Positions 13,251 to 27,749 of a DNA stretch of 64,000 bases are shown piece by piece (the first letter of the stretch is position 1; every line of letters begins with the position of its first letter). The stretch lies in contig OZ024751.1 of NCBI GenBank assembly GCA_964016885.1, forward strand, positions 5,394,001-5,458,000, given 5' to 3'. Both the position numbers and the translations under genes were made by a program. The DNA comes from Eledone cirrhosa. Taxonomy: Eukaryota. The notes under the pieces were generated by a model, which ran no database searches, had not been told where the DNA came from, and worked only from the letters and a program-made list of their open reading frames with translations.

Positions 13251-13885
13251 ATCATTGCCAATAAACGAAATATTATTATGAGGATAAAAGATTCACTTGA
13301 AACGTCGGCTAAAATGTCCAGAGGTGTTTGACGGACTTTCAACGTTCTGAGTTCACATCTCAATATCAACGTTGCCTTTTATTTCAGCTTGAATAAAATA
13401 TTCAAAGACAGTTCTTTTTTAAATGATTAGTTCATGCATCTTAGAAGAACTGAAGTCTCGTATCAAACGGCACTAATAATATCTATCTATCAGAATCAAA
13501 TCTCACCACTCAACAAGGAAGACTGGATATATTTTATCTAATAATTCTTCAAACTTGCAATTTTATATATAGCTCTGATTAATAATTATTTGCTTAATTA
13601 AATTTTTCATTGAGCCACACCGTAACAGGTAGCCACACTCATATATGTATCTGTGACTATGTCTAAATATATATATATATCCCTATCAATTTAATATATA
13701 CTCCCGTACGGTAGAGTAAAACTTTAGGCAGTATCTGGCTGTGCGTTCTAGTAGCCAGCCTACCTGCCGCCCGGCCACCATTCACAACCTTCTACTTTGA
13801 CCACTAGCCACGTGATGATTTTTGGCCATTTTTGAATTCATTTCTGGCGGTGATCACTGTGGAAAGTTTAGTCCAAATCTGAGGG

Positions 13886-13969
13886 GTCTCTTGATAAGCT
13901 CGAAGCCTCATGGATAATACCAGGATCGGATATATCCAGAAAGCGAGCGAAACTGTCGACAGTCGGGAC
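13886..13969 (+). ncRNA. Hammerhead ribozyme, U3:A8 core, extended stem II
   Basis: GTCTC TTGATAA GCTCG..CGAGC GAAA CTGTCGACAG TC GGGAC: all three stems pair. Confidence 0.85.
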
Positions 13970-14267
13970 TAGGGGAATTTTGGTAAAGTTTATATGCATT
14001 TTTTCTTCTAACTTATATTTTAGACTTAGCTTCGTTTAATTGATTATTTATCTAGTTAATTTCTACGGGCTAAAAGGAATGACTAGATACATTATATCTG
14101 AATGTCCCTCGCGGAGGATAGTCTGTATCATTTGTCTATTATTTCTTCATAGTAACATTTTAAACTTATAGTCTCGTTTAAATGATTATTTATCTAGTTG
14201 ATTTCTACGGACTAGGGTGAAAAAAGACTTGGTATATTTTATCTAATAATTTTTCAAACTTGCAATT

Positions 14268-14346
<79 letters not shown>

Positions 14347-14382
14347 CATATACACATACATACATATATATATATACATATA

Positions 14383-14527
14383 CCGAAGGAAGTGTGGTAA
14401 GGATCCAGGTGGACCATAACACAACGAAGTACTCGATAACTTAGGGTAGTAGAGTGGGTAATAGGAAAAGAGTCAGGACCCCGACGGCTGAGCTCCGGCC
14501 GTTTCGACAGCTAGATTTGAACTCAGA
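14383..14527 (-). mobile_element. Short PLE-type 3' end carrying the 3' half of a hammerhead
   Basis: Minus strand GTC-GAAA-CGGC..GCCG-TC-GGGGT; homologous to 58917-59045; flanked by microsatellites. Confidence 0.65.
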
Positions 14528-14559
14528 TATATACATATACACACACACGCACACACACA

Positions 14560-14638
<79 letters not shown>

Positions 14639-14654
14639 TAAGATAACAGATTAA

Positions 14655-14705
14655 AGTTTAAGCAAAGAATCGCTGCTTTCACCCTTAACGGGATCTTCTG
14701 AAGCT
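14655..14705 (-). ncRNA. Hammerhead-like motif with CAGAAGA core (Naiad pLTR family; other copies 15978-16027 +, 35717-35750 + partial, 60272-60321 +)
   Basis: AGYTT CAGAAGA tCCC gttaa GGGt GAAA GCA..TGC TT AAACT. Confidence 0.65.
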
Positions 14706-14751
14706 AAAAAAATCAATCTGTTAACGCAGAAGTAAATATTTCAAAAAACGT

Positions 14752-15096
14752 AGGCCTTACAGAGGGTTAACCTCCAATAGATTCAAGCAGCGTCTTTACA
14801 GGCATACCCATTCTTTTTTTAACCCTTTAAGAAGGAATCTGACGTCACTTTCAGCTTATATCTGGAGTCTAACAGACAATCACACCCAATATAGGTTACA
14901 CTAGGAGATCCTAGCTAAGGCTAGATCGTATAACGGAAATAAAAGACCATGTGACCTTTGCGCCGCTGAAGCCCTGGAAAAACTCTACGCCAATGACCAC
15001 ATATTTAACAAAATATGTGAGGCAATTTCGTCTTGTAAACATAAATTGCACAAAACTTTCCTGTATTACAGCCCCACATTATACCCTAACGGATAG
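14752..15096 (+). pseudogene. Naiad GIY-YIG C-terminal half with one in-frame TAG
   Basis: YRGLTSNRFKQRLYRHTHSF..TSLSAYIWSL..LH*EILAKARSY..CDLCAAE..FNKICEAISSCKH. Confidence 0.85.
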
Positions 15097-16356
15097 TACG
15101 AACTATACGCGATAATTTCCGTCTTGATGTGGTAGCTAAGTATATGTTATGTTTATACCATTACTTATTTGTATAGGTAATTATATATTACCTGCATGTT
15201 CTGTGAAGGTATGTATACTTTCTCGTACGTATATTTACTTGTATTTGTTATAGGAGTATATATTATATTATATATACTGGTACATGTGTATATGGTTATG
15301 TGTATACGTGAGTTTTGCGTTTGTGTGTGTATGCGGGTTTGCGCGTATGTAGGGTGTGTATATGTGTACTTTGCATTTTGGTTGACGTATGTTTAGCGAA
15401 CATATGTGTATTTACATGTAGGTAGGAGTGTGCGCTTGTTATATACGTATTTATGTGTGTATATTTATATACGTTTATATAATTATATGTATACACGCAC
15501 ACACAAACACATATATATATTTATATTTTTTTTTAAATATATATTTTTATGTGTATTTGGTGCATACGTTCGTATGTGTGCGGGTACAGGTGTTGCGTGG
15601 GTTTTTGTGTATGTGCTTGTATTTACATACCCATGGCGGGTGTTTTCGCATTGCATGTGTATGTGTACATGTATATATTTAATTATTGCTGATTTCAATA
15701 ACCTCTGTAATTTATTTACATTATTTTTCTTTCTGAAGTCGAGAATCATTCGGTTTCCTAAATACAATTTTAGTCTACTACTTCATTTATACCATACACG
15801 TGGTTTTGTCTTTGCGTGTAATTGTTTTCACCGCACCAAATAATGACGTATTATCTTCGTTTTTTTTCGTTCATTGCCAGGGAACGTCTTCACGAATCAA
15901 AGTATCGTCTTCCTGTCTTACTTCGGCTACAACGTTTTTCGAAATATTTACTTCTGCGTTCACAGATTGATTTTTTTAGTTTAAGAAGATCCGTTAAGGG
16001 TGAAAGCAGCGATTCTTTGCTGAAACTTTAATCAGTTATTTTAATATATATTTTCTCTAGGGTTCTTATATTTTTTATATATATTTATCCTTATCGAGCC
16101 CTCTTTGGATTTTAGTTATTATTATTACTATATATGTAAGTATGTATGTATATGTACATACATATATGTATACAGACGTACAGTAGCATGTATATATATA
16201 TACATACAGGTACACATATATATATGTACGTATCAGTTTAGCGAACGTTTATTATAACGCTCGCTTTGTCCGTTTGTAAACAAACGGACAGCCTGATTTA
16301 TGCCGTACGGTTTAAGGCAACCACGTCACCTTTTTGTTCAACACTGACACAGGAAC

Positions 16357-16395
16357 GATGTACTAGTTTCAAGCTTGTTAGCTATCGTCAGCACC
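16357..16395 (-). ncRNA. Minimal hammerhead, left-arm copy
   Basis: Reverse complement reads GGTG CTGACGA tAGC taacaa GCTt GAAA CTAG TA CATC. Confidence 0.82.
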
Positions 16396-16631
16396 GTATA
16401 CCCTTCTGCCAGATGGTTGAACGTTCGAAAGTATATACTTTCCTTATGAAAATTAACGGCTGAGCAGCCTAATTTGCATATCAAGTGAGTTCAGTCGGCC
16501 AGGCGCACCGAAAACGATAAATTGGAATAGAATGAAACGAAATTTCATTTCTCACTCTTAGTACGGCACTTACTTAAATGTAAGTATGTATGTATACGTA
16601 CATACATATATGTATACAGACGTACAGTAGC

Positions 16632-16680
<49 letters not shown>

Positions 16681-16799
16681 CAGGTACACATATATATATG
16701 TACGTATCAGTTTAGCGAACGTTTGTTTACAAACGGACAAAGCGAGCGTTATAATAAACGTTCGCTAAACTGATACGTACATATATATATGTGTACCTG

Positions 16800-16868
<69 letters not shown>

Positions 16869-17103
16869 GCTACTGTACGTCTGTATACATATATGTATGT
16901 ACGTATACATACATACTTAAATTTAAGTAAGTGCCGTACTAAGAGTGAGAAATGAAATTTCGTTTCATTCTATTCCAATTTATCGTTTTCGGTGCGCCTG
17001 GCCGACTGAACTCACTCGATTGAAAATTAGGCTGCTCAGCCGTTAATTTTCATAAGGAAAGTATATACTTTCGAACTTTCAACCATCTGGCAGAAGGGTA
17101 TAC

Positions 17104-17142
17104 GGTGCTGACGATAGCTAACAAGTTTGAAACTAGTACATC
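17104..17142 (+). ncRNA. Minimal hammerhead of the 444-bp monomer
   Basis: GGTG CTGACGA tAGC taacaa GTTt GAAA CTAG TA CATC. Confidence 0.82.
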
Positions 17143-17448
17143 ATTCCTGTGTCAGTGTTGAACAAAAAGGTGACGTGGTTGCCTTAACACCGTACGGCAT
17201 AAATCAGGCTGTCCGTTTGTTTACAAACGGACAAAGCGAGCGTTATAATAAACGTTTGCTAAACTGATACGTACATATATATATGTGTACCTGTATGTAT
17301 ATATATATACATGCTACTGTACGTCTGTATACATATATGTATGTACGTATACATACATACTTACATTTAAGTAAGTGCCGTACTAAGAGTGAGAAATGAA
17401 ACTTCGTTTCATTCTATGTATATGTATATTATATATACATATACATAC

Positions 17449-18572
<1,124 letters not shown>

Positions 18573-19635
18573 TATATATATTTATATTTACAACACTAGC
18601 TCAATGCTGAAGCTTTATAGCAAGCGAAGGTTTTATGGCGGATGGAATTTAATCCAGTTCATGACATATTTTACAGATTCTTGTGAGGTGGACGATAAAT
18701 TCAATCCTGGCTGGATAAGAATTTGGAAAGAATCTAGGGGAGTGAGATGGAATAGTGTAAAGGATTTAATCCTTACTATGTTTGTAACAAGACACGTCGT
18801 CTTGAAAGATAAATTGAAAGACAGAGTATAAATATATATAGGATATGGATTTATGTGTACTCTCGTCACTTCTATACATTACAGTCTGTCGTATTGGAAA
18901 GGCCGCATGACTAAATAGATCTACCTAGATGAAATTTAAAAAAAAAAAAAAAAAAAAATAATAATTATAACAAAACAGGAATCAGATGTGTTTGGTTTCT
19001 ATTTTCCGAAAGACTGGAATTGACAAGACCATGAAATGACGCATCTATATAGTCTTATGTTCGATCCTACATCGTATTATATCCAAAGATGAGAAGACGA
19101 ATTATACATTGCAACAAATGTTTTGATTTACAATTGAATATTCAAGGTTTCTATCCTAACTCTTGAGCTACATTGCAGACATCTCAACTCTCCCCGCCCG
19201 ACGGGAAGATCTTCACCCAATTTGGGGTGGGTGAGAGATGTCTTCTATTGAGAAAAATGGGTATTAGCTTTCATTATGTAAATTCTCCCCATTTTCCCTC
19301 CTTTCATGTTACTCTCCGTTTGGGTTTTTATAGGTTGGCGTGTCTGACATTGTGACTGTAAAAGTGACATTTAACTGTGTAGTAACATGCTGGTCAGAGA
19401 GCCCACAACAATAAGAATTTAAACTATAGAATTAAAGACAAACTTCTTACCAGAACTAGATCGGGATGTGCTCATATGATATTTAAGTCGCACGGAAAAC
19501 GCAATGGGAGGAAATCACTGAAGATGTCACAGAAAAATGTGTGACGAAAGAACATTCAGTTATTTTATTTATATTTATATTTTTAACTGTTGGTCAATCA
19601 ATGATAAGCATTGATTGCCTGTTAAATTATTTATA

Positions 19636-20090
19636 GAATATCGTCCAGCAGTGAGTGAGCCTGAAGGAAGTCTGCTCCAATGATGGGCTGATGGGCATCA
19701 GCGACGGTGAATGTCCATGTATATTACTGTGAGCCTCTGTGGAGGGAGAGAGTACGGTTTCCGTAAGCTTTGATTGTAGAATCATTGGCAGCTGCCACTG
19801 ACTCAACTCTTTATAACTGAGGCCGTTTGCAGATGCCGAGATGACACTGACTTCTACTTCTCTGTCGATTAAGAATCTGACTGGATATCTGATCATAGAC
19901 ATACAGGACAGTTGATCATGTTTGCCGACCACCAGGGTGTTTATTGGTGGTTGGTCCTAGAGTTTCTCCCGCAGTCGATGATGAAGAGGTATTGAAGTTA
20001 CATGGTTACTTGGTATCTTTTGCTTCAAATTTCTTGTGATAGAAACACATATCACTTTACGTGACCTCATTGTCTTGTGGTTGACCTCGT
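19636..20090 (-). pseudogene. Gypsy-type LTR retrotransposon gag-protease fragment
   Basis: CFYHKKF..PCNF knuckle, RFLID(R)EVEVSVI protease motif, AANDSTIKAYG, WTFTVADAHQPIIGADFL; frameshifted. Confidence 0.75.
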
Positions 20091-20355
20091 GGTGTTGAAT
20101 CTCCCTCATTACACCCTTTTCCGCCTCTTTCCCACACTTTCACACTTCGTATCCCTCTTTACCCCTCTTCCCTACTTTTCCCAATTTTTTTACCTCTCTT
20201 TCCCTATTTCTTTAACCTGCTGTCTTCCCTCCTCTTTTCCATCCTTCCTTCCCTTGATTTTCTCCTCCCCCTCTTCCACTTCTGCCTCTTCCGAACCATT
20301 CTTTCCCTACCCCCTTTACTCCACTTCCTACCCTCTTTCTCCCTTTCTTGATTTA

Positions 20356-21790
20356 ACCCACCACTTTACCCACATTAATTATTTTACTTACCACTTTACC
20401 CACAATAATTATTTTACCCACCACTTTATCCACAATAATTATTTTACCCACAACTTTATCCACAATAATCATTTTACTTACCACTTTACCCACAATAATT
20501 ATTTTACTTACCACTTTACCCACAATAATTATTTTACCCACTACTTTATCCACAATAATTATTTTACTTACCACTTTACCCACAATAATTATTTTACCCA
20601 CCACTTTATCCACAATAATTATTTTGCCCACCAATTTATCCACAATGATCATTTTACTTACCACTTTACCCACAATCATTATTTTACCCACCATTTTTAT
20701 CCACAATAATTATTTTACTTACCACTTTACCCACAATAAACGTTTTACTTACGGCTTTACACACAATAATTATTTTACTTACCACTTAATTATTTTACCC
20801 ATCTTTTTATCCACAATAATCATTTTACTTACCACTTTACACACAATGATTATTTTACTTACCACTTTACACACAATAAACGTTTTACTTACCACTTTAC
20901 ACACAATAAACATTTTACTTACCACTTTACACACAATAAACGTTTTACTTACCACTTTACACACAATAAACGTTTTACTTACCACTTTACACACAATAAT
21001 TATTTTACTTAACACTTAATTATTTTACCCATCTTTTTATCCACAATAATCATTTTACTTACCACTTTACACACAATGATTATTTTACTTACCACTTTAC
21101 ACACAATAAATGTTTTACCTACCAATTTACACACAATAAACGTTTTACTTACCACTTTACACACAATAATTATTTTACTTACCACTTTACACACAATAAT
21201 TATTTTACTTAACACTTAATTATTTTACCCATCTTTTTATCCACAATAATTATTTTACTTACCACTTTACACACAATAATTATTTTACTTACCACTTTAC
21301 ACACAATAATCATTTTACTTACCACTTTACACACAATAATTATTTTACTTACCACTTTACACACAATAATTATTTTACTTAACACTTAATTATTTTACCC
21401 ATCTTTTTATCCACAATAATTATTTTACTTACCACTTTACACACAATAATCATTTTACTTACCACTTTACACACAATAATTATTTTACTTACCACTTTAC
21501 ACACAATAATTATTTTACTTAACACTTAATTATTTTACCCATCTTTTTATCCACAATAATTATTTTACTTACCACTTTACACACAATTATTTTACTTACC
21601 ACTTTACACACAATAATTATTTTACTTACCACTTTACACACAATAATTATTTTACTTACCACTTTACACACAATAATTATTTTACTTACCACTTTACACA
21701 CAATAATTATTTTACCTACCACTTTACACACAATAATTATTTCATCTACCACTACCCACAATAATTATTTTACCCACCATTTACCCATAA
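20356..21790. repeat. 30-bp minisatellite (CCACTTTACMCACAATAATTATTTTACTTA)n
   Basis: Dozens of tandem copies; 10-aa periodic ORFs. Confidence 0.95.
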
Positions 21791-21799
21791 TAATTAGCT

Positions 21800-24700
21800 T
21801 TGTATTTGGGGGGAGGGGCGTGTTTATTTTGGGGTTCGTTTTTTATTGGGGGAGGGATCCGTTTTTTATTTGGGGGGATCCATTTTTTATTTAGGGCTGT
21901 TCCATTTTTTATTTTGGGGGAGGGGTCCGTTTTTTATTTGGGGGAACCATTTTTTATTTGGGAGGGGCTGTTTTTTTATTTGGGGGATCCGTTTTTTATT
22001 TGGTGGGTTCCTTCTGGGGTGGGAGGGTTGGGGGTCCATTTTATATGGGGGGGGGGGGGTCCGTTTTTTATTTGGGGGTCCGTTTTTTATTTGCGCGGAA
22101 CCGTTTTTTATTGGGGGTCAGTTTTTTATTTGGGGAGACCCGTTTTTTATTTGGGGGTCTGTTTTTTATTTCGTGAGGTCCATTTTTTATTTGTGGGGGT
22201 TCCGTTTTATATTTGGAGTCCGTTTTTTATTTGGGGGGACCGTTTTTTATTTTGGGGAGTCTGTTTTTTATTTGGGGGGAAGGGGGTTCGGTTGTTTATT
22301 TGGGGGATTTGTTTTTTATTTGCGGTCCGTTTGGGGGGGTCCGTTTGTTATTTGGGGTCCGTTTTTATGGGTGGGTCGTTTTTTATTTGGGGGGATCCAT
22401 TTTTTATTTGGGGTTTCCGTTGTTTATTTGGGAGGGTCCGTTTTTTATTTGGGGTCCATTTGGAGGGAGGGGTCCGTTTTTTATTTGCGGGATCCCTTTT
22501 TTATTTGGCGGGGATCCGTTTTTTATTTGGGGGTCCGTTTTTTATTAGGGGGGATCCGTTTTTTATTGGGGAGGTCCGTTTTTTACCTGCCACTTTACCC
22601 ACAATAATTATTTTACCCACCACTTTACCTACAATAATCATTTCACCCACTATAAATATTTTACCCACCTTTTTACCCACAATAATCATTTTACCCACTT
22701 GTTTACCCAAAATAATTATTTTACCCACCTTTTTACCCACTCTAATCATTTTACCCACCAGTTTACCCAAAATAATTATTTTACCTACCGTTTTTTTGGG
22801 GAGGGTCCCTTTCTTAGGGGTTTCCATTCTTTCTTTTTTTTTGGGGGGGGGGCGGTTTTTTATTTGGGGGGATCCGTTTTTTATTTGGGCGGGGTCCGTT
22901 TTTTATTTGGGGGATCCGTTTATATTTTGGGGTCCGTTTTTTATTTGGGCGGGGTACGTTTTTTATTTGGGGGCATCCGTTTTTTATTGGGGGGATCCAT
23001 TTTTTATTTTTTGGGTGGGTGGGTGGGGGTTATTTGGGGGTCCGTTTTTTATTGGGGGGTCTGTTTTTTTAAATGGGGGGATCCGTATTTTATTTGGGGG
23101 ATCCATCTTCTATGTGGGGGGAACCATTTTTATTTAGGAGGGTTCATTTTTTATTGGGGGATCCGAATTTTATTTGGAGGGATCCATTTTTTATTTGGGT
23201 GTCCGTTTTTTATTTGGTGGGGGGGGGGGGAGGGGGGACCCGTTTTTTATTTGGGGTCCGTTTTTTTTTATTTGGGGGATCCGTTTTTTATTTCGGGGTC
23301 GGTTTTTTTATTTAGGGGTCCGTTTTTTATTTGGGGGGGGGTCCGTTTTTACCTAACACTTTACCCACAATAATTACTTTACTCACCACTTTACCCACAA
23401 TAATTATTTTACTCACCACTTACCCACACAATTATTTTACTTACCATTTTACCCACAATAATTATTTTACTCACCACATTACCCATAATAATCATTTTAC
23501 CCACCACTTGACCCACTATAATCATTTTACCTACCATTTTACCCACATAAATTATTTTACCTATCCTTACCCACCTTTTTACCCACAATTGTCATTTTAC
23601 CTACCACTACCCACAATAATCATTTTATTTGGGGGGATCCATTTTTTATTTTGGGGTTCGTTTTTTGTTTGGGGGTCTGTTTTTATTTTGGGAGGGTCCA
23701 TTTTATATTTTGGGGGATCCATATTTTATTTGGGGGTGGGGGGTGGGGGGGGGGAGGTGCGTTTTTTATTTGGGGGTCCGTTTTTTGTTTGGGGGGTCCT
23801 TGTTTTATATGGGGGTCCGTTATTTGTTGGGGGGGTCCGTTTTTTATGGGGGGCTCTTTTTATTTGGGTGGATCCGTTTGTATTCGGGGGTCCGTTTTTT
23901 ATTTGGGGGTCCGTTTTTTATTAGTGGGGATCCGTTTTTTATTTGGGGGTCCGTTTGTTATTTGGGGGTTATCGGTTTTTTTATTTGGGGGTCCGTTTTT
24001 TATTTGGGTCCGTTTTTTATGGGGGGAGGGGCGTATTTTATTTGGTTCGATCCATTTTTTATTTGGGGTTTCCGTTGTTTATTTGGGGGGATCCGTTTTT
24101 TATTTGGGGGTCCATTTTGGGGGGGGGGGGGGCGGGGTCGGTTTTTTATTTGGGGGATCCTTTTTTTATTTGGCGGGGATCCGTTTTTTATTTGAGGGTC
24201 CGTCCGTTTTTTATTAGGGGGATCCTTTTTTATTTGGCGGGGATCCGTTTTTTATTAGAGGGGATCCGTTTTTTATTGGGGAGGTCCGTTTTTTACCTGC
24301 CTCTTTACCCACAATAATTATTTGACCCACTATAAATATTTTACCCACGACTTTACCCACAATAAGCATTTTACCACCTTTTTACCCACACTAATCATTT
24401 TACCCACCAGTTACCCAAAATAATTATTTTACCTACCGTTTTTTGGGGGAGGTTTCTTTTTTTTTAGGGGTTCTCTTCTTCATTTGGGGGGATCCGTTTT
24501 TTATTTGGGGTGATCCGAATTTTATTTGGGGGTCCGTTTTTTATTTGGGCGGGGTCCGTTTTTTTATTTAGGGGGATCCGTTTATATTTGGGGGTCCGTT
24601 TTTTATTTAGGCGGGGTCCGTTTTTTATAGGGGGGGGTCTGTTTTTTTAAATGGGGGATCCGTATTTTATTTGGGGGATAACTTTTTTATTTGGGGTCTG

Positions 24701-25960
24701 TTTTTTTATTTGGGGGATCCGTTTTTCATTTGGGGGTCGGTTTTTTTATTTAGGGGTTCGTTTTTTTATTTTTTGTTGGGGGGGGGGGCGTTTTTTACCT
24801 ACCCTTTTACCCACAATAACTATTTTACTCACAACTTTACACACAATAATTATTTTACACACCACTTTACCCACAATAATTATTTTACTTACCACTTTAC
24901 CCACAATAATTATTTTACTCACCGCATTACCCATAATAATCATTTTACCCACCTTTTACCCACAATAATCATTTTATCTACCATGTTACCCAAAAATAAT
25001 TATTTTACCTATCCATTTACCCACCTTTTTACCCACAATTGTCATTTTACCTACCACTACCCACAATAATCATTTTATTTGGCGGGATCCGTTTTTTATT
25101 TTGGGGTCCGTTTTTTATTGGGGGGAGGGTCCGTTTTTTATTTGGTGGATCCATTTTTTATAGGGGGTCCGTTTTTATTTGGGGTTCGTTTTTTATTTGG
25201 GGGGATCCGTGTTTTATTTGGGGTCCGTTTTTTGTTTGGGGTCCGTTTTTATTTTGGGAGGGTCCATTTTTTATTTGGGGGTGCGTTTTTTATTTGGGGG
25301 GATACGTTTTTTTGGGGGTCCGTTTTTAGTTTGGGGGCGTCCTTTTTTTTATTTGGAGGGGTCCGTTATTTATTTGTGGAGGGGGTCCGTTTTTTATTTG
25401 GGGGGTGTTTTTATTTGGGTGGAGCCGTTTTGTATTCGGGGGTCCGTTTTTTATTGGGGGGGGGGGGGTCCGGTTTTTATTTGGGGAGGATCCTTTTTTT
25501 ATTTGGCGGGGATCCGTTTTTTATTTGGGGGTCCGTTTTTTATTAGTGGGGATCCGTTTTTTATTTGGGGGTCCATTTTTTATTTGGCGGGAGGTATACT
25601 TTTTATAAGGGTAGGTCCGTTTTTTACCTGCCACAATAATTATTTTACCCACCTCTTTACGCAAAATAATCATTTTACCCAACCATTACCCACTATAAAT
25701 ATTTTACCCACCAATTTATCCACAATAATCATTTTACCCACTTTTTACCCAAAATTATTATTTTATCCACCTTTTCACCCAGACTAATGACTTTATCCAC
25801 TTTTTACCCAAAATAATTATTTTGCCTACCATTTTAACCACAATAATCATTTCATTCACCATTTTACCCACACATATCATTTTACCTACAACTACCCACA
25901 ATAATAAATTTACCCACAACTTACCCACAATAATCATTTTACCCACCATATTACACACAA
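21800..25960. repeat. Composite satellite: blocks of ~20-bp GGGGG(A)TCCGTTTTTTATTT alternating with blocks of the 30-bp repeat
   Basis: Five G-rich blocks alternate with five C-rich blocks; block junction sequences recur (22541/24250; 23570/25020). Confidence 0.9.
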
Positions 25961-26134
25961 TTATTTATTTTATGTCCAGCGATTCTTATCGGAGTTGTGA
26001 TCTCTCAGTTCAGAGAAGTAGCGGCTCTACCAAGAGTGACTCTCTGTTCTCTGAGTTATGCACTTTATCGAGTAATCCCATTTCTGCCACTTTTATTTGC
26101 AATTGTATTCTTTTGGTCATTACTCAAGATTCAT

Positions 26135-26385
26135 GATCCTCGGTAAGAATTGGCAGGAAGACCAGGAAGACAGCGAGTTTGGCTTTTACACCTACCCACT
26201 TCTCTGATTGCTGAATGCTGAGGCTGGCGCATTACTGCATCAGCTTTTGCAATTCTTGCACTTAATTCAGCCTCCTGCATTCCATCACTCATGAACACGG
26301 CTCCAAGATACTTGAACTTCTCTAACTGCTTCAGTAGAACTCCATTCACATGTATATAAATTTGAGGGACTTCTGTCCACCCGTC
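26135..26385 (-). pseudogene. RTE-like LINE RT C-terminal fragment
   Basis: IHVNGVLLKQLEKFKYLGAVFMSDG..EAELSARIAKA. Confidence 0.75.
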
Positions 26386-26556
26386 CATCACGCAATGTGT
26401 ATGTGTGTTTGTGAATGTATGCGTGTGTAAAAGGAAGGAAAGGGATACATACATATATGTCTAATTTAAAAACAGTGACACATACACACGTGTCTCTAAT
26501 TTAAGAACACCGACAAACTCGCGCGTGCACATACATACACTGTCCTATTACCACTC

Positions 26557-26999
26557 AAGAGCTTTGGCCCGGGTAAACATCCCCTCAATTTTGGAACCAT
26601 CTGGGTTTTCCTGAATTGATGGGAAAAGACTTGACGGTCTTACTGTGTACTCTTGGTCAAGAGGCAGGTGCCTTAGCTGGCACGTCACAGTTAGTGACTC
26701 TTTTGCTTCTTCCCACATGCTGGATACAGTGGTAAGGGCGAGAGCTACAGCATCCGCAGCTGAACGGAACAAAATCCTAAAATACCGTGTTCTGTCAGCT
26801 AACTGTATTATCCATTCTTGGCGTTCGAGACGTTTGGTGGAGTCGGGCTACTGAGGCGATGTTCTTATCTTCACTGGAGGCTCGCCAAATAGAGGTAACT
26901 GGTGGTCCTCGTGAGGGCACTTGGTTTTTCCAGCACCTCAGCCTCGCCATCACCCCAGGTAATGCTGCGAGCGTGCTGGCCTGCCTCAAAAATTATTAG
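26557..26999 (+). pseudogene. CRE-like non-LTR retrotransposon, RLE endonuclease C-terminus
   Basis: SILEPSGFS*IDGKRLDGLTVYSWSRGRCLSW.VTVSDSFA..AAERNKILKY..AFETFG..TGGPREGTWFFQHLSLAI..GNAASVL. Confidence 0.8.
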
Positions 27000-27308
27000 A
27001 GAGGTTTCCCAGTGCTTCTCGCTATATTGCTATCTTTTGCTCTGGTAGCGGCTGGTTTTTCCAATCTTTCGCCTGCATATTGTTCTGTGGACTAAGATGT
27101 GTGTATTACCTGCTTGTGTATTTTTTCTCTTTCTTTTTTTTCTTTCCCTTTCCCTTGTATCTATATATATAAAGCTGAGGATGTGTGTGTTAAGGTTTGT
27201 AACGTATGCCCGTCCACAATTTCCAACGGATTCTATTCAAAGTCGGGACAACTATTGCTTTTGGTCAGGAAAAGGTCAAGAAGCAAAGAAATTTCAAATC
27301 CATTAACA

Positions 27309-27377
27309 ATATCAAGGGCGGTGCCCCAGCATGGCCTCAGCCGGATGGCTGAAACAGGTAAAAGAGTAAAAGAGTAA
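27309..27377 (+). mobile_element. ~65-bp SINE/LINE 3' tail inserted in the Helitron 5' region
   Basis: Identical to 2213-2273 (opposite strand); tail (AAAGAGTA)2. Confidence 0.7.
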
Positions 27378-27749
27378 TAAGGGAAAAATTCCATCATGAT
27401 CTTTCCCCCTCTCTATAATTTAACTGCTTTGCTCTCTCTGTCGCTCTTCACTCCCTATATGACAACACTGTAGAGAGAGAAACAGTGTGTATGATCAAAT
27501 GGAGCGTTCCGTATATTCCCTCTCTCTATAATTTAACTGCTTTACTCTCTCTGTCGCTCTTCACTCCCTATATGACAACACTGCAGTGGAGCGTTCCGTA
27601 TTGAGCGTTCCATATTGAGCGTTCCGTATTGACATACGGCTTATCTGGGGCATATAACAACCGGCAAAATAACACTTCATATAACAGATTAATGCTATAT
27701 GAATCGGAATGTAATGACATATGAATGTAATGACATATGCATCGGAATG

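Larger units (their letters stand above)
14635..16130 (+). mobile_element. 5'-truncated Naiad-type PLE with an inverted partial pLTR at its 5' end
   Basis: 14635-14751 is the reverse complement of 15932-16047; GIY-YIG remnant at 14752-15096; hammerhead in the pLTR. Confidence 0.85.
16136..17417. mobile_element. Retrozyme-like element: 444-bp monomer, ~1.3 copies on - and ~1.55 copies on +, head-to-head
   Basis: Period 444 in both arms (16136/16580; 16921/17365); inversion junction near 16720; one hammerhead per monomer; no meaningful ORF. Confidence 0.75.

Noticed and set aside
16413-16478. Second hammerhead (GAAAGTATATACTT) and ATTTGCAT octamer in the 444-bp monomer
   Set aside because: No CUGANGA or stem I for the former; the octamer is not kept in the other arm.
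21800-25787. Gly/Phe-rich ORFs up to 445 aa (also 28794-29634)
   Set aside because: Stop-poor minisatellite read-through in all frames; no domain.
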